Source: Chloroflexota bacterium
GTDB lineage: Bacteria; Chloroflexota; Dormibacteria; Aeolococcales; Aeolococcaceae
Assembly: GCA_005880985.1 (NCBI GenBank)
Contig: VBIQ01000024.1
Span: 6,429-70,428 of the forward strand
Reading direction: 5' to 3'
DNA length: 64,000 nucleotides
Positions 58,702-64,000 of this stretch are shown here, one piece after another; the first letter of the stretch is position 1; each line of letters opens with the position of its first letter. The notes beneath the pieces were generated by a model, which saw nothing but the letters and a program-made list of their open reading frames with translations, was not told where the DNA came from and did not search any database. Made by a program: the position numbers and the translations under genes.

Positions 58702-59795
58702 CCGCGGCCGACCAGCGCTTCATGGCGCTCGCCCTCGAGGCGGCGGCGAGCGCCGACTACTGGACCAGCCCCAACCCGATGGTGGGCGCGGTGGTGGTGC
58801 GCGACGGGCAGGTGATCGCCACCGGGTATCACGCGCGTGCCGGTGAGCCGCATGCCGAGGTGGTCGCGCTGCAGGCGGCGGGCGAGGCGGCCCGCGGCGC
58901 CGACCTCTATCTCACCCTCGAGCCCTGCACCCGGACCGGCCGCACCCCGCCCTGCGTCGAAGCGGTGACCGCCTCCGGGATTCGCCGGTGTGTTGTCGCC
59001 ATGCAGGACCCAAACCCGGATGAGAACGGGCGGGGCATCGCCGCCCTGCGGGCTGCGGGGATCACCGTCGAGGTGGGAGTCGGAGACGCCGAGGCGCGCC
59101 GGCTCAACGAGTTCTACGTCAAGCACATCACCACCGGCCTTCCCTTCGTCACCGCCAAGTTCGCCAGCTCGCTCGACGGCCGTATCGCCACCAGCAGCGG
59201 CGACTCCCGCTGGATCACCTCCGACGAGGCGCGGCTACGGGTGCAGCGGCTGCGCCACGCCCACGACGCGATCCTGGTCGGCGCCAACACCGTGATCCGT
59301 GACGACCCCAACCTGACCACCCGGCTGCCCGGCGGCGGCCGCTCGCCGTTGCGGGTGGTGATCGACAGCCGCCTGCGCATTCCCGTCGAGGCGCGCATCT
59401 TCCGGCAGGAGAGCGGCAGCGTCCTGGTGGCCACCAGCGACCGCGCCCGCGCCGACCGCGCCCGGCAGTTCGAGGAGCGCGGCATCCAGCTCGAGGTTTT
59501 CCCGGCCACCGAGGGCCGGGTGAGCCTCGACCACCTCTTCCGCCGCCTCGGCAGACAGGGCGTCATCAGCGTGCTCGTCGAAGGCGGAGGGTCGGTCCAC
59601 GGCTCCGCCTTCGACGCCGGCCTGGTCGACAAGGTGGTTGCCTTCATCGCTCCCCGGATCATCGGCGGCGTCGAATCGCCCGCCGCCGTCGGGGGGCACG
59701 GACCCGACCGTCTCACCGACTCCTGGACGCTGCGCGACGTCGAGGTCGCCCGCGTCGGCCCCGACTTGATGGTCACCGGCTACCCTGTGCGGTAG
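58698..59795 (+). CDS. ribD: riboflavin biosynthesis deaminase/reductase
   Basis: SPNPMVG, HAE, LEPC..GRTPPC, SLDG, VLVEGG. Confidence 0.96.
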   Translation: MTAADQRFMALALEAAASADYWTSPNPMVGAVVVRDGQVIATGYHARAGEPHAEVVALQAAGEAARGADLYLTLEPCTRTGRTPPCVEAVTASGIRRCVVAMQDPNPDENGRGIAALRAAGITVEVGVGDAEARRLNEFYVKHITTGLPFVTAKFASSLDGRIATSSGDSRWITSDEARLRVQRLRHAHDAILVGANTVIRDDPNLTTRLPGGGRSPLRVVIDSRLRIPVEARIFRQESGSVLVATSDRARADRARQFEERGIQLEVFPATEGRVSLDHLFRRLGRQGVISVLVEGGGSVHGSAFDAGLVDKVVAFIAPRIIGGVESPAAVGGHGPDRLTDSWTLRDVEVARVGPDLMVTGYPVR

Positions 59796-59815
59796 GAGAT
59801 CGGTGGACGACAACG

Positions 59816-60421
59816 ATGTTCAGCGGCATCATCGAGGAGCTGGGGCGGGTGTCCGACAACGCCATCGCCACCAGCGGCAGGTTAGAGGTGGCCGCCACCG
59901 CGGTGGTTCGCGACCTGGCGGTCGGTGACAGCGTCGCCGTCAACGGCTGCTGCCTGACGGTGGTCGAGACCTCGGCGTCGGGCTTCGGCGTCGAGGTGAT
60001 GCCGGAGACGGCCCGACGGACCAATCTCGAGCCTCTGCGGGTGGGCGACCCGGTGAACCTCGAGGCGTCGATGGCCTACGGAGACCGGGTGGGCGGCCAC
60101 CTGGTCAGCGGTCACATCGACGCCGCCGGCACCGTGGTCGATCTGCGCGATGAGGGCAACGCTCGCTGGGTGACCATCCGCGCTCCGGAGGCGGTGATGC
60201 GCTACATCGTCGCCCAGGGCTGTGTCGCGGTCGACGGCATTAGCCTGACCGTGGTCGAGGTGCTCGCCGACCGCTTCACCGTGTCGCTGATCCCCCACAC
60301 CGTCGCCGTGACCAGCGCCGAGGTCTGGCGGCCGGGCGCCGCGGTCAACCTCGAGGCCGACCTGGTCGCCAAGTACGTGGAGCGGAGCCTGATGGCCCAC
60401 GCCGCGGGCTCGGTCGGGTAG
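59816..60421 (+). CDS. ribE: riboflavin synthase (alpha chain)
   Basis: MFSGIIE, NGCCLTV, GGHLVSGHID, VNLEAD. Confidence 0.96.
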   Translation: MFSGIIEELGRVSDNAIATSGRLEVAATAVVRDLAVGDSVAVNGCCLTVVETSASGFGVEVMPETARRTNLEPLRVGDPVNLEASMAYGDRVGGHLVSGHIDAAGTVVDLRDEGNARWVTIRAPEAVMRYIVAQGCVAVDGISLTVVEVLADRFTVSLIPHTVAVTSAEVWRPGAAVNLEADLVAKYVERSLMAHAAGSVG

Positions 60422-60429
60422 GGACCGCC

Positions 60430-61668
60430 ATGCCGCTCGCGCGCGTCGACGACGCCATCGAGGATGTCAAGCAGGGGCGCTACGTCATCATCGTGGACGA
60501 CGAAGATCGCGAGAACGAGGGTGACCTGGCGATCGCCGCCGACCGGATCAGCCCGGAGGCGGTCAACTTCATGGCGACCCATGCGCGCGGGCTCGTCTGT
60601 GTCGCCTGCGAGGGATGGCGGCTCGACGAGCTCGGTCTTGCCGCCATGGTGGACCGCAACACCGCCCACCACGGCACCGCCTTCACCGTCAGCATCGACG
60701 CGGTGGGTCGCGGCGTCACCACCGGCATCTCCGCCTACGACCGGGCAGCCACCATCCGCCTGCTCTGCGAGGACCCGGCCACCGCAGCCGACTTCGCCCG
60801 GCCGGGACACGTCTTTCCGCTGCGGGCCGCACCCGGCGGCGTCCTCGAGCGCGCCGGGCAGACCGAGGCGATCGTCGATCTGTGCAAGGCGGCGGGCCGG
60901 TTTCCGGCCGGGGTGATCTGCGAGATCATGCGCGAGGACGGCACCATGGCCCGGCGCCCGGATCTCGACGTCTTCGCCGCCGAGCACGGGCTGCGCATCG
61001 TCTCCGTCGCCGACCTGATCGCCTACCGCCGCCGCGCCGAGCGGCTGGTGGTCAAGGGCGCGGAGACGGTGCTGCCCACCGAATGGGCGACCTTCACCGC
61101 CCACGGCTACCAGGACGTCATCACTCGCAACACCCACGTGGCGCTCACCCTCGGGGACATCACCGACGGCGAGCCGGTGCTGGTGCGGGTGCACAGCGAA
61201 TGCTTCACCGGTGACGTGCTCGGCTCGCAGCGCTGCGACTGCCAGGCCCAGCTGCAGCGGGCGATGGCGATCATCGGCGTCGAGGGCCGCGGGGTGATCC
61301 TCTATCTGCGCCAGGAGGGGCGTGGCATCGGCCTGATGGACAAGCTCCGCGCCTACGCCCTGCAGGACCGCGGCTTCGACACCGTGCAGGCCAACGAGCA
61401 CCTGGGACTTCCCGTCGACGCTCGCGACTACGGCATCGGCCAGCAGATCCTCGCTGACCTCGGCGTGACCAAGATCCGGGTGCTGACCAACAACCCGAAG
61501 AAGTACTACGCCCTGGCCGCCTACGGCCTCGAGGTCGTCGAGCAGGTGCCGCTGGTGATTCCGCCGACAGCGCACAGCGAGCGCTACCTGCGAACCAAGC
61601 GTGACAAGCTCGGTCACCTCTTTGGACCCTTCGCCGATCGACCGGCGGGAGAGAGCGACACCGCGTAG
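60430..61668 (+). CDS. ribBA: bifunctional DHBP synthase/GTP cyclohydrolase II
   Basis: [41 protein letters not shown]. Confidence 0.97.
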   Translation: MPLARVDDAIEDVKQGRYVIIVDDEDRENEGDLAIAADRISPEAVNFMATHARGLVCVACEGWRLDELGLAAMVDRNTAHHGTAFTVSIDAVGRGVTTGISAYDRAATIRLLCEDPATAADFARPGHVFPLRAAPGGVLERAGQTEAIVDLCKAAGRFPAGVICEIMREDGTMARRPDLDVFAAEHGLRIVSVADLIAYRRRAERLVVKGAETVLPTEWATFTAHGYQDVITRNTHVALTLGDITDGEPVLVRVHSECFTGDVLGSQRCDCQAQLQRAMAIIGVEGRGVILYLRQEGRGIGLMDKLRAYALQDRGFDTVQANEHLGLPVDARDYGIGQQILADLGVTKIRVLTNNPKKYYALAAYGLEVVEQVPLVIPPTAHSERYLRTKRDKLGHLFGPFADRPAGESDTA

Positions 61669-61738
61669 CCGGGGCCAGCGCGCCGTCGAGGATGCTCGAG
61701 CCCCTGCCCGCCGCAGGCGTGTGAGAACATCGCGGGCG

Positions 61739-62236
61739 ATGGAGGTCGAGGCCGGCAAGCTCATCGCCACCGGGATGCGCTTCGGGCTGGTGGTGGGCCG
61801 TTTCAACGACGTGGTGGCCCAGCGGTTGCTCGAGGGCGCGGTCGACACCCTGGTCCGTCACGGCGCCGACGAGGGTGACCTCACCGTCATCTGGGTGCCG
61901 GGCAGCTTCGAGATCCCCCTGGCGGCGCAGGAGCTGGCGGGGGCGGGCGGCGTCGACGCTGTCATCGCCATCGGCGTGGTGGTGCGCGGTGAGACCCCGC
62001 ACTTCGACTACGTGGCCGGCGAGGTCGCCCGCGGAGTCGGGGCGGTGTCGATGCAGACGCGGGTGCCGGTGACATTCGGCGTGGTCACCGCCGAGACCAT
62101 GGAGCAGGCGGTCGACCGGGCTGGGGGCAAGCACGGCAACAAGGGAGCCGACGCGGCTCTGGCGGCGATCGAGATGATCTCGCTGCTGCGCGCCCTGCGA
62201 GCTCCCCGCAGCGGCCGCCGACGCATCGCCGGGTAG
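61739..62236 (+). CDS. ribH: 6,7-dimethyl-8-ribityllumazine synthase
   Basis: [25 protein letters not shown]. Confidence 0.96.
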   Translation: MEVEAGKLIATGMRFGLVVGRFNDVVAQRLLEGAVDTLVRHGADEGDLTVIWVPGSFEIPLAAQELAGAGGVDAVIAIGVVVRGETPHFDYVAGEVARGVGAVSMQTRVPVTFGVVTAETMEQAVDRAGGKHGNKGADAALAAIEMISLLRALRAPRSGRRRIAG

Positions 62237-62258
62237 CACGAGAGGATCGCGGCGCAGA

Positions 62259-63167
62259 TTGCGCATCGTCTCGCTTCTGCCCAGCGCGACCGAGCTGCTC
62301 TTCGCCATCGGCGCCGGTGAGGAGGTGGTCGCCGTCACTCACGAGTGCGACCATCCCGTCGCGGTTCGCTCGCTTCCCGCCGTCACCAGCAGTGCCATCG
62401 GCCACCGCGGCCAGAGCTGCGCCGCTATCGACCGCCACATCCGGCGCGCGGTGCACCAGGGATCGAGCATCTATCGCATCGACGAGCCGCTGCTGGCACA
62501 ACTGTCACCGGACCTGATCGTCACCCAGGAGCTCTGCGAGGTGTGCGCCGTCGCCTACGCCGAGGTGCAGCGTTGCGCCCGCCGCCTGCCGGGCGACGTG
62601 CCGGTGCTGAGCCTCGAGCCCAACACCATCGAGGACATCCTCGCCACCGCCCACGTCCTCGGTGAGGCGACCGCGCATCGGAGTGGCGCCGACGCCCTGG
62701 CCGCGCGGATGCGCGCCGCCATCGCCGCGCGGCGCGCCCAACCGGCGCCGGAGCCGCGGCCGGCGGTCGTCTGCGTCGAGTGGACCGATCCCCTGATGGC
62801 CGCCGGCCACTGGGTGCCGGAGATGGTGGACGCCGCCGGAGGTCGCGACCCGCTCGGCAGGCGGGGTGGGAGGTCCGAGTACGTCGACTGGGAGCAGGTG
62901 GTCGCCGCCGCCCCCGAGGTGATGGTGCTGATGCCGTGCGGCTTCGGGCTGGAGCGGAGTCTCGAGACCGCCGCCGACCTGACCCGCCGCCCGGGGTTCG
63001 ACCGCCTTCCCAGCGCCCGCAGCGGCCGGGTCGCTGCGGTGGACGGTTCCGCCTACTTCAACCGGCCCGGCCCGCGGGTGGTCGAGGGGCTGGAGCTGCT
63101 GGCCGCCATCGTCCGCGGGGGGCCCGGCGACGCCCTGCCGGCGGGCGCCGCCTGGGTGCCGCTCTGA
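62259..63167 (+). CDS. cobalamin-binding/BtuF-like ABC substrate-binding family protein
   Basis: RIVSLLPSATE, HECD, TQELCEVCAV, GHWVPE, YFNRPGPR. Confidence 0.85.
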   Translation: MRIVSLLPSATELLFAIGAGEEVVAVTHECDHPVAVRSLPAVTSSAIGHRGQSCAAIDRHIRRAVHQGSSIYRIDEPLLAQLSPDLIVTQELCEVCAVAYAEVQRCARRLPGDVPVLSLEPNTIEDILATAHVLGEATAHRSGADALAARMRAAIAARRAQPAPEPRPAVVCVEWTDPLMAAGHWVPEMVDAAGGRDPLGRRGGRSEYVDWEQVVAAAPEVMVLMPCGFGLERSLETAADLTRRPGFDRLPSARSGRVAAVDGSAYFNRPGPRVVEGLELLAAIVRGGPGDALPAGAAWVPL

Positions 63168-63676
63168 GCCGCACCTCCGGCGAGCCGATCGCCGTCCGCT
63201 GGAGCGACGAGGCCGGCGAAGGCTCGGCGCGGCGCGAGGTGATCCGCAGCGCCTGGCACGGCGCCTACCGCGGCATCTTCACCGCCGCCGAGATCGACGC
63301 CGTCTTCGACGGCCGCAGCCAGATGCAGGGCAGCTGGCTGGAGCGGCGGCGGGGCTACCTGGGCAGCCTGGTGGCAGAGGCCGGTGGCGCCATCGTCGGG
63401 GTGGCCGGGGTGGGGACGCTGGCCGGCGGCGACGGCGAGCTCGGCGCCCTCTACGTGCTCCCCGAGTGGCAGGGAAGGGGAGTGGGCACTCGGTTGTGGG
63501 AGGCGGTGGTCGCCGGTCTGCGCGAGCGCGGCTTCGCCCGCCTGCAGGTCTGGACCATGGAGAGGGCCGCCGCCCGCCGCTTCTATGAGGCGCGGGGCTG
63601 CCGGCTGGCCGAGCGGGGTGTGTTCCAGGTCGGCTGGCATCGCGAGCCCGCGGTGGCCTACGTCCTCGACCTCTGA
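63164..63676 (+). CDS. GNAT family N-acetyltransferase (CTG or downstream GTG start)
   Basis: LYVLPEWQGRGVG, ARRFYEARG. Confidence 0.85.
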   Translation: MSRTSGEPIAVRWSDEAGEGSARREVIRSAWHGAYRGIFTAAEIDAVFDGRSQMQGSWLERRRGYLGSLVAEAGGAIVGVAGVGTLAGGDGELGALYVLPEWQGRGVGTRLWEAVVAGLRERGFARLQVWTMERAAARRFYEARGCRLAERGVFQVGWHREPAVAYVLDL

Positions 63677-63698
63677 TCGGGCGCGGCCGGGAGGACGG

Positions 63699-63887
63699 TT
63701 AGCGCGCCGCCTTGCTCTGGGTGCGGATGCAGCGGGTGCAGACCCGGGCCTTGACCAGCCGGCCCTTGACCACCAGGTGGGTGGGCTGCAGGTTGGGCAT
63801 GAAGCGCCGGTTGGTGCGCACCTTCGAGTGGCTGACGTTGTGACCGGTCATCGGCCGCTTGCCGCAGATGTCGCAGCGCTTCGCCAT
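63699..63887 (-). CDS. rpmB: 50S ribosomal protein L28 (Zn-binding type)
   Basis: [29 protein letters not shown]. Confidence 0.97.
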   Translation of the reverse strand: MAKRCDICGKRPMTGHNVSHSKVRTNRRFMPNLQPTHLVVKGRLVKARVCTRCIRTQSKAAR

Positions 63888-64000
63888 CGGTGCTACTCGT
63901 CCTTCACTGGTGGAGGTGGTCGGGGCGGCGACGATGGCCGCGAATGCGATCACCCATACTAAAATGTCGCGTCCCGACCCCCGGCCACTTCCGGGCAGCG

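Noticed and set aside
4604-64000. Prophage, IS or integrase
   Set aside because: No transposase, integrase or phage structural motifs recognised

Overview
Very GC-rich bacterial chromosomal window. Gene content (Tad pilus genes, TIGR03086-type protein, YWLVASDGG repeats, Ser/Thr kinases) suggests a monoderm soil lineage such as Actinomycetota, Chloroflexota or Dormibacterota; this is inference. Left to right: a partial Tad/Flp cluster (cpaB-cpaF-tadB-tadC), tRNA-Leu(GAG), an RHH/MazF-type toxin-antitoxin pair and redox genes. Next is a ~28 kb accessory locus (9.3-37.9 kb). After it come NHEJ ligase/polymerase genes, an adenylate cyclase, an S8 protease/GGDEF-EAL pair, secreted proteins, and a housekeeping block (GT4-SDR-folE, rlmN, ribD-ribE-ribBA-ribH, rpmB). 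The standout is the accessory locus. Six co-oriented paralogous genes (324-1463 aa) share a ~70-aa N-terminal domain resembling NHLP/Nif11-clan RiPP leader peptides, ending in L(G/A)xR(L/I)(S/T)(K/R)S(S/G)L(F/V). Each leader is fused to a different large, low-complexity or repetitive cargo. The genes are interleaved with a Zn-ribbon-FHA-RRE(PqqD-like)-M50 peptidase fusion and a membrane pseudokinase. They are flanked by an AAA-LuxR regulator, an FHA-degenerate-TadA fusion, a PrsW protease and a kinase-VWA protein. No RiPP-modifying enzyme or transporter is visible. This looks like RiPP-style leader recognition repurposed for phosphorylation-controlled processing or export of giant proteins. 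All domain calls are by eye from motifs; no database search was run.
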